A DNA stretch of 64,000 nt, taken from Sphagnum compactum (taxonomy: Eukaryota). A program made the position numbers and the translations under genes. Below, in pieces: positions 1 through 11,597 of the stretch. The DNA lies in NCBI GenBank assembly GCA_965153455.1, contig OZ234493.1, forward strand, positions 32,044,213 to 32,108,212, given 5' to 3'. Each line of letters begins with the position of its first letter. Position 1 is the first letter of the stretch. Below the pieces are notes generated by a model. That model did no database searches. It worked only from the letters and a program-made list of their open reading frames with translations, and was not told the DNA's origin.

Positions 1-1189
1 TTTAAAGTAGTTGCCAAATGCAACTTTTTATAAAATCAAACATGGTTGATTACATATGTATGTACAATGTATATAAATTACCGTATAGAAGACCCATTTT
101 CAATTCACTTTCAACTATAATACAACTAACTAATTTTTTGACATGGTAATTACATGTATTAATAAATACGATGTATTTATTAATACATCGTATTTCTAAG
201 GGATAATTGCACACTGGTTGGAATACCCAAAAGATAATTGCATAGTAGTTGTATATGAATTGTTTTTTGAAGTTTAGTTGTGGGGTAGTGTGGTTTCAAC
301 GAACCTGATTTCTCATGGTGAAAAAGCTAATGCTTTTTTTTTTCCATCTTTTTTGTAGTTTTAACTGTTTTGTTTGTGGTTGTTGGTTTGTTTTGGTTTG
401 TTGTTTTTTGTTTTGTTGCTTTGTGTTGGTTATTGTTTCACATTGTGTTGGTGGTATTATTTTATGGTTGGTGTTTTTGCTTTATGTTAATGTTGTTATT
501 TTGTGTTGTTGTTGTTTATTTGCATTAGTGTTGTTACGCGCTAATGTTGTTTTTTTGCACTAGTGGTGCTACTATGTGCTAGTGTTATTTTTGTTTCATG
601 CTAATGTTGTTGGTGCTTCACGTTGGTGTTAGTGTTTTGTTCATTTACCTTTTGGCCCAAACCCTACTATTGTTGCGTTATGTTGTTGTTGCAATTTTGT
701 GCTAATGTTGTTATTGTTTTTATGGTTAAAATGGTACTTCCCCCCCTTTTTCCCTTGCAAGTGGGAGCTTAAAGTTTGAGGCACAAGACCTTTGACAAAA
801 TTATATATATATATAATTTTTTTTGAGTTTTTTTTCATTTCTTTGTTTAAGTTTTTTTCATTATTATTATTATTTTATAATATTTTATTTTATATTTCAT
901 ATTTTGTTGTTTTTTTGTAGGATTTTCATAACTTGCATATTCCTATTACAAAACCCCATTACATTTTTTTTTGTAAGACTTTACATATTCATCTTGTTTT
1001 GTAAATGTTTAGAAAATGGATTGCATCTTCTAAAAACTATCAACATTTTCTAAAAATGAAAATACATGTGATGTATTTATGAATGAAGTAAAGATGGAAG
1101 ATGAACCTTTGCAAAAACCTAAAGAAAATGCAAATGTTCAAACAGAAGGAAATAAGAATCTAGAAAATAATGAATAGAAGATGAAATAA

Positions 1190-3440
1190 AAATTGAAAAA
1201 GTTACATTCACAAAGATTACTTTGGAAACCAAATAACAAAAATGCATTGTGTTGGGCATTTATTATGTTAATGATAACAAAAAAAATTAATTTAATAACT
1301 CCTTAAACCATGCATTATATTTTTTGTCACAATAGTCTTGTTTTGAATTTCAATCCAAAAACTCAAGCTAGGAAAGGGTTAACCATATATAGTACAACTA
1401 ATGGTATAATTGCATTGAGGAAACATATCAATTCAAAAAATTGAATTTAAAAAAAAATTGAAAAATAAGTTAATTGTCCTTTAAGACAAGATGAAAGATA
1501 ACCTTCCAAAAAGAGACAAAATATTTCTTTCACTCCATATTTAATTTTTTTGTTGCAAAATAACCTTTCAATGATGATGATGTGTATTCAAAGCAATTTT
1601 TGGAAGATTTGAGTATTTTAATTGTCAAAACCATCTTCGTTTACAATTTGGGGAAAATAGTTAGTTGAAAAGGTTTAATATGCATTTGTGTCTAAGAATT
1701 GCTTTTGTTTGCAAAAACTAATTTTCTTATGAATTATTATTCAAATTAGTGGAAAAAATCAAACAATTATATGTTTTACTAATTTTAACATAATGTCATT
1801 TTGCAACTACAAATTCTGATTTGTGGGTATCAAAAGATGGACATGATATTTTTGCATTGGTGATCAAATTTTTAAGAGTTGATTGGCAACCGAAGCACAT
1901 TACCCATACTTTTTTTGAGCCAACAAATACTAGTGGATAAACCTTAGCTAAAAACTTGATAAATTTGTTGGAGGAAGAAAATTATTGCTTATGTTATGGA
2001 TGAAGGATCTAATATAAACATTATGATTGTTACAAGCCTTCAAATCAATTGTAAGTTGTGATGTGTTAGGTTTGGAAGAAATTTTTTAGGGCACTTGTTT
2101 TGGTCATGCATTTTCTCAATCTTGCTAATATGCTACAAAAAAGGAAAAAAATTGCAAAGACTTACGATATGTGTTAATCAAAATTGCCTAAGGAAATTTG
2201 CAGAAATGCATAACTTGGCCAATTTTTTTTGGAAGGAGTAGGCAAGAATGGTAGAAGGCATGTGTCAATTTAGGTCTTCCCCTAAGAAAATTGAATACTT
2301 TAGTGAAGACAATGTAACTTTTTATTTTTTAAAACTTTTTTGTGTTCACATTTGTTTTCAATTCTTACTATGCATAGTCTAACATTTTCTTTTGTTTTTG
2401 TAGATTTGTTAGTAAAGTTATCCTTCTTCAGGAAGCTTTGTAGTTCAAAGAAGGAATTATATTATGTTCCAACATGCAAAGTTTTGTGAGAATGAGTGCA
2501 AGAGTACGACCTCTTTTGACACAACACATTTGTCGGATTGTTGTTGATTCTCTTGGCCCTACTGTGTTTGCTTGTATTCTAAACCAATTTAAGGGTCATT
2601 GGTTGTTAAGAGATGCACTAATAAATTCTGCCGTATCCATGAATCTAAATTCAAGGATGAAATTGATTCTATAATCTTTGACAACTTAATGGAAGAAGAT
2701 GGAAATGTCATTTATGAGTTCTCATGTTTGGCCTCCAACCTAAAAAAAGAAGAAATTCAGGTTTTGAATTTTTTTTTCTTTCCTTTTTAAAAAAATATGA
2801 AGAAAGGCCCATAATACATTTTCTTTAATGTTGGACCCTAGGTTTGAAACTTTTCAACTTGTGTCTTCATTTATTAGTCATAAGCAAGGTAAGGTATTTG
2901 TTGAAGAATATGATAGAAAATCTTTGTTTCCTATGCTTTTTAAATGTCATTATCATTTGCATCCATTGGTTGAATCTAAAAATGGTGTTGTTGATTAAAA
3001 AAGTTGAAAAGGAAAATAATTTGGATATCTTTGAAATGATAGTTAGCATAAGTGAGACAACAACGGAATTGGTCAATAGAGAGCTTTTGATTTTCAAGCA
3101 TTATCAAGTGGATGTTAAAAATATCAAATGTCCACTGCAATGGTGGGAAAAACATGAGAACATGTTTTCTATAATTGGTTTTTGCGTTAGACAAGTCTTA
3201 AGGATAGTTGGATCCCAAATTGAAATAGAAAAAATATTTTTATTAGATAGAATCCTTATTAATTATATTAAAAAAATTTGTACAAATTAAATTTTATTAA
3301 CAAATTGGCCCAATGATTCTAGTATAGGTCGTAAATCCTATTCTAGCTTGGTAGATTTTATTGAAAAATAATGCTAAATTTAGAAGAAGACTTAGAAAAG
3401 TTTGAAGAAGCTTTTGGAAAGGACGAAATTATGTAGTTGT
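1190..3440 (+). mobile_element. Decayed hAT-family DNA transposon (transposase pseudogene); the element probably extends from the window start to about 3600
   Basis: Stop- and frameshift-riddled frame with BED-finger-like start (~1240-1430), 'FDLW.SKDGHDIFALVI', 'YVMDEGSN', 'GTCFGHAFS', 'LQKCITWP' and the C-terminal hAT dimerisation motif 'CPLQWWEKHENMFSIIGFCVRQVLRIVGSQIEIEKIF' (ORF 2844-3290). GT-AG intron at 2314-2403. Confidence 0.8.
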
Positions 3441-3801
3441 AAATTTTGAATATATATATATTTACAAGTTTCCATATATTTTCAGTAAATTTTTAAGTTA
3501 AAATTATATATTTATGAATAAATTAAATAATAAATTAAAAATCTAATTAATAATCATATAATTATTATTCTAAATTTTAATTTTTGAAAAATGTAATAAC
3601 TGGGTTGTGAAAACTGGATTTGAAAACTGACTATTATAATATATGCAAGAACCAGCCTATTTGAGAATAAGTTGAATTTGGAAAAATTAAAAAATCTTGA
3701 AGGACCTCATAACAAGATGTAAGAACCAGAACCGACGATTCTTATATAACACTCTCAATTCCCACAAAATGTGGTTTAAAATGAACTCCACTAACTATAT
3801 A

Positions 3802-4012
3802 CCATAGTACCTTGGCCAATTCGACACTAATTAAATTATTTTTTCGGAATTGTTGAAAATTTTCAAAAAATAAATTTCTTCCAAATCAAAAAATATTGTG
3901 AAGGATAATAATGAATATTTAGAAATATTCTATTTGTTGAAATGAAAATTTCAAAATTAATTAATTATTCGACAGACACACGTGTGTTGTTGAAATGGCC
4001 AAGGTACTATGG
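3802..4012. mobile_element. MITE-like element with ~25-bp terminal inverted repeats and TA flanks (Tc1/mariner-type signature)
   Basis: Left end CCATAGTACCTTGGCCAATTCGACA (3802-3826) matches the reverse complement of the right end, CCATAGTACCTTGGCCATTTCAACA (3988-4012), with 2 mismatches. TA lies directly outside both ends and the interior is AT-rich and non-coding. Confidence 0.7.
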
Positions 4013-4879
4013 TATTCACCTGCACACCGTCCAAGCTAATCTATATATCACTCGGCCTTGTTCTTTTGTGTAAAGTCGTGTTGATGTTTTCTCCTTTTTT
4101 CTTATTTAGGGCAATTGGGAAGGGATAATTTTGGCTAACATTGAGTTAATCAAGTTGGTAAAATAATTGCCCTTATTATGTGTTGAGCTCGGAGATGACT
4201 ACGAATAAGCAACTCATTGTGCAATGGCTTTGTGACCCTATATGACAAGCTTCAAGCTAAAATCTTCGATTACCACCGGGTCTAGAACTTCTCATCTAGA
4301 TGCATACACTTTTATGAAATGAGGCCATACGTCATATACACACATGGTACTCGAGATGTTGTTGCTCACATATTGTGTAAAGCCAACAAAAGATTGAATG
4401 GGCATGTGATGTGATAAGCATGATGGAACAAAGAAAGTTATTAGGTCGGCTTGCTCATATCGAATACCATTATGGGGGGTATGTACTTAAATTGATTTAT
4501 GGGGAATCCATAATCACAATAGATATTTGGGTTTGCCTTTCCCACATGGTAGCTTGCAAATATGAAAGCTGAATAATAATAGAAATTACTAAAAAACAAG
4601 TTTAATAATACCCACCTTTAATAATTATTATTTTTATTTTTCAAAATCAAGTTTGGCATTTTTAAAAAAATTGCGAAAATTTGGCAATAAATCTAGGCAA
4701 CTTTTTTTTTTTTTTTTTCCGGTCAAGTTCCATTGGTGGGACTCTCAACCTTTATTAACACAATGAGACCTTTTACAACATTTTCTATTGCTTTCCTTTT
4801 GCAAAAATGGGGGGAGAGATAGATAATGTTCCATCAAATTTCAGATAGATTTTGTTTGTTCTCCCCCTTGATGTTTATT

Positions 4880-5165
4880 TTATGTGCATGGGTCTTGACA
4901 TTCCCCCGAATTCTCTACGTGTTCCCTATGATGTTCCCCAAGGGTGTTCCCAATAGCATCACACTATTATCCCACAGTTTGTCCAAAAGTTGTTCTTTCT
5001 TCCCACCCACCCACCCACCCACCCACCCACCTACCTACCTACCTACCTACCTATGTAAGTGAGCCAAAGGGGAGGCATTATTGCCAAATCACATAGGTAG
5101 AAACTTCTATTATGGGGGAGCTTTCAAAGTTTCAGATTTTTCTTTTAATGATGGGCCAATAAAAA
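4880..5165. repeat. Dispersed repeat family copy; further inverted copies at about 49620-49790 and 50000-50185
   Basis: Shared blocks GTGTTCCCAATAGCA, ACCTATRTARGTGAGCCAAAGGGG and TGATGGGCCAAT recur in reverse complement near 49.6-50.2 kb. Confidence 0.55.
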
Positions 5166-6500
5166 AAAAAGGCTCATTTGCCCCCAAAAAAAACCAAAAA
5201 AAAAATTAAGAAGAGGGGGGGGGGGAGGCACCCTCTTCTTAGGGAGAAACCAAAAACCATCCAAACTCGACCCACATGAAAATGTGATGAAAATATGATG
5301 AAAATATTATGAAGAAGAAGAGGAGCCCACCCCACCCCACCCCCCACACTTGTAAATTTTCTATTTGATAGCCAATAAACGTGTGGGAAAGTGTCAGTTT
5401 GTCACTAGGGAGCTGTCCTCAACGGCAACAAAACAAAAGCAAAAAAAAAAAAACTTCCCTTTTTTATTTTGAAAAAAAAAGAGATTGTCTACTTTTAATA
5501 GCTGGCTAGCCCAACGGTTAGGCGCATTAGTAAGTAGCTTCAGAGTCGACTCCCCCCCACCCGAGTTCGAAGTTTGAACCGGCATTTTCATTCATTTATT
5601 TATTTGTTTTGTTTTGTTTTGGGGGGACAAATAAAAATTTGGATTTTTTTTTTGGGGTGCAAATTCGATTACTTTTGCTAAAATTTTGGAAAAATTCGGC
5701 CAAATTTTCAAAACCACGAAACTGGTATTTAAAAAAAAAAGATAATGGGAAAAAAAGAAAAAAAGAAAAAGGGTGTCATTTTCAAATGCTGATTCAAATT
5801 CATTTCGGATGCGCCTGCTTGGCTGCATACCGCTTAGAACTGGGGCAGCCGAAGGCGGTGGGAACAGCCAAGGCGGTATACAGCCCTCTCTCTCTCTCTC
5901 GCTCGCGCGCGCGAGCGACTGGAGTGTGTTGTTGCAGCGGGTTTTGTCTTCTACGACGGCTTTTCCTCCCCTCTTCAACCACAGCAACACCCATTCTTTC
6001 TCTGAGCACCTCTTCATTTCTTTTACCTTCCTTACAATCCGCATAAAGCCAGGAGCTTATGAGCTTGGCTTGGAAGAAACTCATTCCTTGAAGCATTTTC
6101 CTATTGCGTGTTTCAAACTCGAAACTTTCATTTCATCTCTCTTTCTGAAGCAGCTCTTCCCTCCTGTCCTGATCGTGTCCTGATCTGAAAACCTTCCCAT
6201 TTTATCCCTCTCCTAGAGACTAAAGACGTGCATTGCTTTTTTCCCGTTCTTTTTCCCCCAACCCCCTTTTGTGGGGGCACTTTCCCTCTTGCACTTACTG
6301 TGTTTGTGGGTACTGCCTGCGTTGCCTCCTTTCACGAATCCTGGGATTTGAATTCCATTGTTCAGAGTCTGCGGTCTCTGAGCTCTTGTGGCCTCAGCAT
6401 TCCCACACGATTTAGATCTCTGGTATTCTTCCATTCTCTGGACAGCCTCTGGCGAGTACGCTGTTGGAGAGAGAGAGAGAGGTCTGGGCATTGTTGCAGG

Positions 6501-9130
6501 ATGATGGCGACAAGCTGCTGGAACTCAAGGGCTCTGCTGAAATGCTTTCTGTTGTGGGTGATGATGGGTCTGGTATGGGATGTGGTAGTAGAGAGGGAGG
6601 TGGTTGTGGGAAGGGTGGAAGCAGCTCTGGGAGTGAACTGGGGAACCAACTCCATCAACCCCATGCCACCAGGCTACTTGGTGAAAATGCTGCAACAGAA
6701 CAACATAACCAAGGTGAAGCTGTTTGATGCCGATTACCATGTGGTGAGCTCCATGGCAGGCACTGGCATCGAGGTCATGGTTGCAGCTCCCAATGACATG
6801 CTCTACAACCTTGCCACAGATCCCAATGCTGCTCCCAACTGGGTGAAGGAGAATGTCACCCAATTCCTCTTCAATGGTGGCGTCAACATCAGGTAGGTAC
6901 CAACCACAGTCTCTCTCTCTCTCTCTCTCAACTGTTGTTGTTGCAAATTTCTTCTCTTCTCTTCTCTGTTCTTCACATGGTTCTTCTTCTTCCCCTCTTG
7001 TCATCCTCCTCCTCCTCCTCCGGTTCTAAACCCTCTCTGCAAATCTTCTCAGATGGGTCTTCCTCTTCCTCCTCCTGGACATGTTTTTGGAGCGTGGTTT
7101 CTGGATTCTGCATTGTTATTGTGCTCTCATAAGAGAGATCCTTTGTGAAATTCTGGAACCTCTTGGCAGTGATTGCTGACTTCTGCACACAAAAAAAGCT
7201 TCATTTCAATGCAAAGCAGCTGTCATTGTGCTTGTACTCTCAGGATCCCTCTCTAGGGTTATGAATGCAAATGGGTCTGTATGTCATGTTACACATGACA
7301 AATTCCTGTTGAGAACTGAGGGTTTCATTGTCTTTAATGACACATCCAGCAGCTGAGAAATGTTTTGTCACTGTGGATTTCAAATTCTTCCAAGTTTCCC
7401 AGAACTTGATTGTTGTTTATTGCAATTGCAAACAGCTTCTCTTCTGGTTGTTGATTGGGGTGGCTGCCCAATACCCTTCTCTTTGTGGAAATTTTGGGAG
7501 CGTAAATTGCAGAAACTATTGTTTGGAAGTTCTTGTAGTTTTTAGATTTAGCTGTGTCCAGGCCATGCTATTTCATTAGTGCTGTCCTTGGTTTAGCTTC
7601 TTCTGCTCTCAAGTCTAGCTCTGATGTTGGAACGTCCATAACACAAATGCACACCATAATGCCGTAACACAATGTAGACCATAGTGCCATAACACAATGT
7701 ATGCTGTATGTAACACCATAGTGGTACACATGAGCCAACAAAAAGCTTATGCCTGATACTACTGTTTTGTTTGCTTTTGTTTGACAGGTGGGTGGCAGTT
7801 GGAAATGAGCCATTCTTGTCTTCTTATGAAGGCATATATGTCAACACGACTTTCCCTGCATTTCAGAACATTCAGAACGCCTTAATCCAGGCAGGGCATA
7901 GTGAGGTAAGAGCGATCATTCCCTTCAATGCTGACATTATGACCGACGCTCCACTGCCATCACAAACCACTTTCAAACCCGAGTTTTTGACACAAGTCAT
8001 GCAAGTGCTCAACGTGTTGAACAGCACAGGTGCACCATTCAGTGTGAACTTATATCCCTTCATCAGCAAGTACCAAAACCCTGAATTCCCACTGGATTTT
8101 GCATTCTTTGATGGGAGTGCGAGTCCCGTTCATGATGGGTCGATTGTGTATGAAAACTCATTTGATGCAAGCTACGATTCACTGGTGTCAGCACTATCAG
8201 CTGCTGGATTTCCCAACATGCCTATTGTCATCGGCGAGATAGGCTGGCCTACTGATGGCAATGCATATGCCACTATCCCAAATGCTCAAAAATTCAATCA
8301 GGAGTTCATTAATCACGTGCAAACAGGTCTTGGGACACCGCTGCGCCCCAATATGCCATTTGAAGCCTATATGTTCAGTTTGATTGACGAAGACATCAAA
8401 AGTATTTTGCCAGGCCCGTTTGAGCGACACTGGGGTCTTTTATATTATGACGGAGTGGTGAAATATCCTCTTGATTTGTCAGGTACATGAATCCCAATGC
8501 CACAAGGTGTTTTTTTTTCTTTCTTTCTTTCTTTCTTTTTCCCCACCTCAACAGTAAACATAAACCCTAAACCCTAAACCTTCACACAGATAACCATTTT
8601 GCAGTTGTTTTGATTTTGATACTCTCTCTGACATAGGTTTCTGACACATCTCTCTCTCTCTCTCTCTCTCTTCTTTGTATTTTGGGTGTGTTTTTGCAGC
8701 TGGTACAAATGCACCCAGCACAACTCTCACCGGTGTTCAGTACCCTCCCTACATGTCACACCAATACTGTGTTCTAAATCCCAACGTCGACCTCATGAAT
8801 CTGACTGAAAACGTGGCGTATGCTTGCTCTCGATCCGATTGCACACCCTTGTACACAGGATCATCATGTGCGTTTCTGGATGCCGTGGACAATGCCTCGT
8901 ATGCTTTCAACAGCTACTTCCAGTTCCAAAATCAGAATCCCGCAGCCTGCGATTTCCAGGGACTTGGTGAGGTCACAACACAGGACCCATCACAGGGAAC
9001 TTGCAGATTTATACTCGGGCTCATAGCTGAAACTCCACCATCAGGAGCACGATCAAGCTATGTTCTCAACCTCTCAACAACCTCAACAATTTTTGTTCTC
9101 TTGAGCATCTTGTTGTTGATTTTCACATAG
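6501..9130 (+). CDS. Glucan endo-1,3-beta-glucosidase (GH17) with X8/CBM43 domain and probable GPI anchor; exons 6501-6892, 7788-8482, 8700-9130
   Basis: N-terminal hydrophobic segment, 'LGVNWGT', 'KVKLFDAD', catalytic 'VAVGNEPF' and 'IGEIGWPTDG', 'FERHWGL', Cys-rich X8 (CVLNP...YACSRSDCT...ASYAFNSYFQ...CDFQG...DPSQGTCRF) and hydrophobic C-terminal tail. GT-AG introns join in frame. Confidence 0.93.
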
Positions 9131-9705
9131 TAAAAAAGCTTTGAGAACCATTGTTTTATAAACTTTAATGTAGTAATTTCTGAACAGAGAGGGGATTTTA
9201 TTCAAATCGGTCACGTTTTCAACCTTAGGTGGCATAGTCTAACATTACATGTACAAAGCCAAGTTTTTGGGTAGAGCAGAAATTTTTGGGTCATAAGAAG
9301 AATCAGGTTGGTTGTTTTTACCTTCTTCATTCAATTTTTTTGTGTTGTTGTTTGCTCTTCTAAAGCATTCTTTTGGTGTTTTGCAACTAGAGCTCCAGAC
9401 AATTTGGGCCTTGAATCAATTTATATACGGGTTTCAAGATTAGTAAAGTCATAGCAAAAAGCTTGTACTGCGTACGTAGCCTTAGGGTAAGCTTTCCTCA
9501 TTGACAAAAACAAATAATTGATTTTATTTTCCAAAAAATCAATTTTATTTTTGAAATTCCCAAATTATTATCATCATTATTATTACTTCTTCATGTTATA
9601 TATATATATACACAATACAATAGTCTACTATGTGAAATTGTCATATGAGTAGTGAAATTTATTGGGATAAACACTAGTATGAGTTTTCAACACCTGGGCT
9701 TCGTG

Positions 9706-9785
9706 TTTTCACAAACCATTTGTTTCAATGTTTAGGGTTTAGGTTTAGGGTTTAGGGTTTTCACAAACATTTGTTTCAATGTTTA
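9706..9785. repeat. Interstitial TTTAGGG telomere-type repeats between a ~29-bp direct duplication
   Basis: TTTTCACAAAC(C)ATTTGTTTCAATGTTTA occurs twice, separated by GGGTTTAGGTTTAGGGTTTAGGG. Confidence 0.75.
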
Positions 9786-10671
9786 AAGGATTGTTTCAAT
9801 GACAAAAAAGTGAGGATATAGTTAGGGTAAAGGTAATCTCACAAAAACAAGTGATTATTTGTTAATTGTATAAAAAGCCCTAACCACCACCCCTACTAGG
9901 TTTTGGATTAAAACCCTAACACTAACCCTAAACCACACCATTAGGTATTGGAATGTTAAGTGACAAACAAAATTTGTAATAGCCAAAAAAAACAAAGTGA
10001 TTAGTTATTAATTGGATAAACCATGAACCCTATCAAAAACCCTTTGTTGAAGGTTTTTTTTAAAACACCACTAACAATATTAATGAACATGAAAATTTGA
10101 TTTTTTGAATTTTATTATTAGTACAAAGATTAATTTCCAATATTTTAAAATTCCCAAGGACTTTAGAAAGCACCTACCACCCATTTTATTCATTAAGAAA
10201 AATTGTCAAACTAGGTATATATATACCATATTGGCAATTAGACAAGAGAAATAACAAAGCAAAGGAAAATGTGAGAGATGGGAAGTACATAATGTAAAAT
10301 TATTAACATTATATGGAATTTTTTTGGAGAAATTACATTTAAGAAGTCAAAATTTAGTCCAACATTTTTTTGGCCTTTGAAGTGTAAAAATTCGACTAAT
10401 TTTGATAATGTGTTGAGAAAATTCACCAATTTTTCTATATTACAAAATTGGGATTATAATTTAAGAAAAAAAAAAAAAAAAAAACCCTGCCCCAGGCCAA
10501 CAGTAGAGCGTAAGTAAAAATAAAAATAAAATTATCGCTTACGAATGAAGCTGCCCAAAATGCATAACATCTGCCCCAAGAAAAAAAAAAAACACCCCCG
10601 GAATTTTTTTAAATAATAAAAAAATAAAAAGTACTAGGTTAGTAGGTTCGGAGCTTTTGCTACAAGTCTAG

Positions 10672-10679
10672 TTTCCCGC
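10672..10679 (+). promoter_or_regulatory. Canonical E2F site TTTCCCGC upstream of WEE1
   Basis: Exact match to the plant E2F consensus about 0.9 kb upstream of the WEE1 ATG; function is untested. Confidence 0.4.
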
Positions 10680-10705
10680 GCTTTCCAGTTCCGTTACCGT
10701 CTATC

Positions 10706-10870
10706 ACCGGTGAGAAAACCGGCCACCCACCAGGTGAGAGGTATGACCGGCGGCGACAAAACCGGCCATCCAGCAGGTGAGAAGTATGACCGGTGGAAAA
10801 AACCGGCCATCCACCGGGTGAAGATGATGACCGGTGACAAAACCGGCCACCCATCGGGTGGAAAAACCGG
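10706..10870. repeat. GC-rich tandem repeat, 4 units of about 41 bp (ACCGG...AAAACCGGCCA...GGTGA...ATG)
   Basis: Units start at 10706, 10746, 10789 and 10830; the array is CCGG-dense. Confidence 0.85.
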
Positions 10871-11597
10871 GCGCCCGTGACGACGGCCAGAGGGAGGGGG
10901 GGGAAACAATCCCGGGTCCGTGCTACAATACGTTCCGTCGGACTGGTTTTGAGAAAACAGTTGGAACACAACTGGTTTGGGAAGGGGGTTCGAAAAAGGG
11001 AGGGAAGAAGGGAAGGGAAGGGAATGGAAGGGAGGAGAAGACGAGAGAAGAAGAGACGAGAAGACGACGACGGCAAAGGCGGCGGCGCTCATCATTGCAG
11101 CAAACAAACGGACGCGCACCCAATCCCCACTCCTCCCCATTCTTTTGTCTCTTCTTCTCTGCATTGCCTGCTCTGCGTCACCTTGAAGCTGCAAAGGTGC
11201 ACTTGAAGATCTGACTGACTGACAGACTCACTCATTTAACGCTCTTCTCATTCATGGTACCCGCTTTGAATCTCTGCAAGAGGTTTTTTTTTTTTTTTTT
11301 TAAGGTCGAGAATTGATGTTGTGTCTGGGAGCTGGGAGATTTTCCTCCTCTTGTTGTTGTTGTTGTTATTGTGGTTGTGTTTGAAGTTGGCGAGTTTTTT
11401 GCCCCCTGTAGTTTGTGAACAGAGACGAAACAGTTTTGTGGCTTGTTGGGTCCTAGGTAAAAGTGGCGGTTTTGGTGCGGGGGGGTTTGGGGAGGGTTTT
11501 GGGAGCAAGAGCTTGAAATCCGTGTCTTCTGGGGAGTTTTGATTATTAGGGTTTAAGTTTGTTTTGGAATCAAGGGTTTGGACTGCGGCTGCTGCTG

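Noticed and set aside
315..1053. Hydrophobic, Cys-rich ORFs (315-563, 823-1053)
   Set aside because: They are translations of TG/T-rich low-complexity DNA in the hAT subterminal region.
5592..6491. Overlapping 90-150-aa ORFs upstream of the glucanase
   Set aside because: This is promoter/5'UTR sequence with CT microsatellites and poly-A/T runs; there are no recognisable domains.
10660..11214. Several 110-166-aa ORFs on both strands
   Set aside because: They are produced by the GC-rich tandem repeat and GA-rich tract upstream of WEE1.
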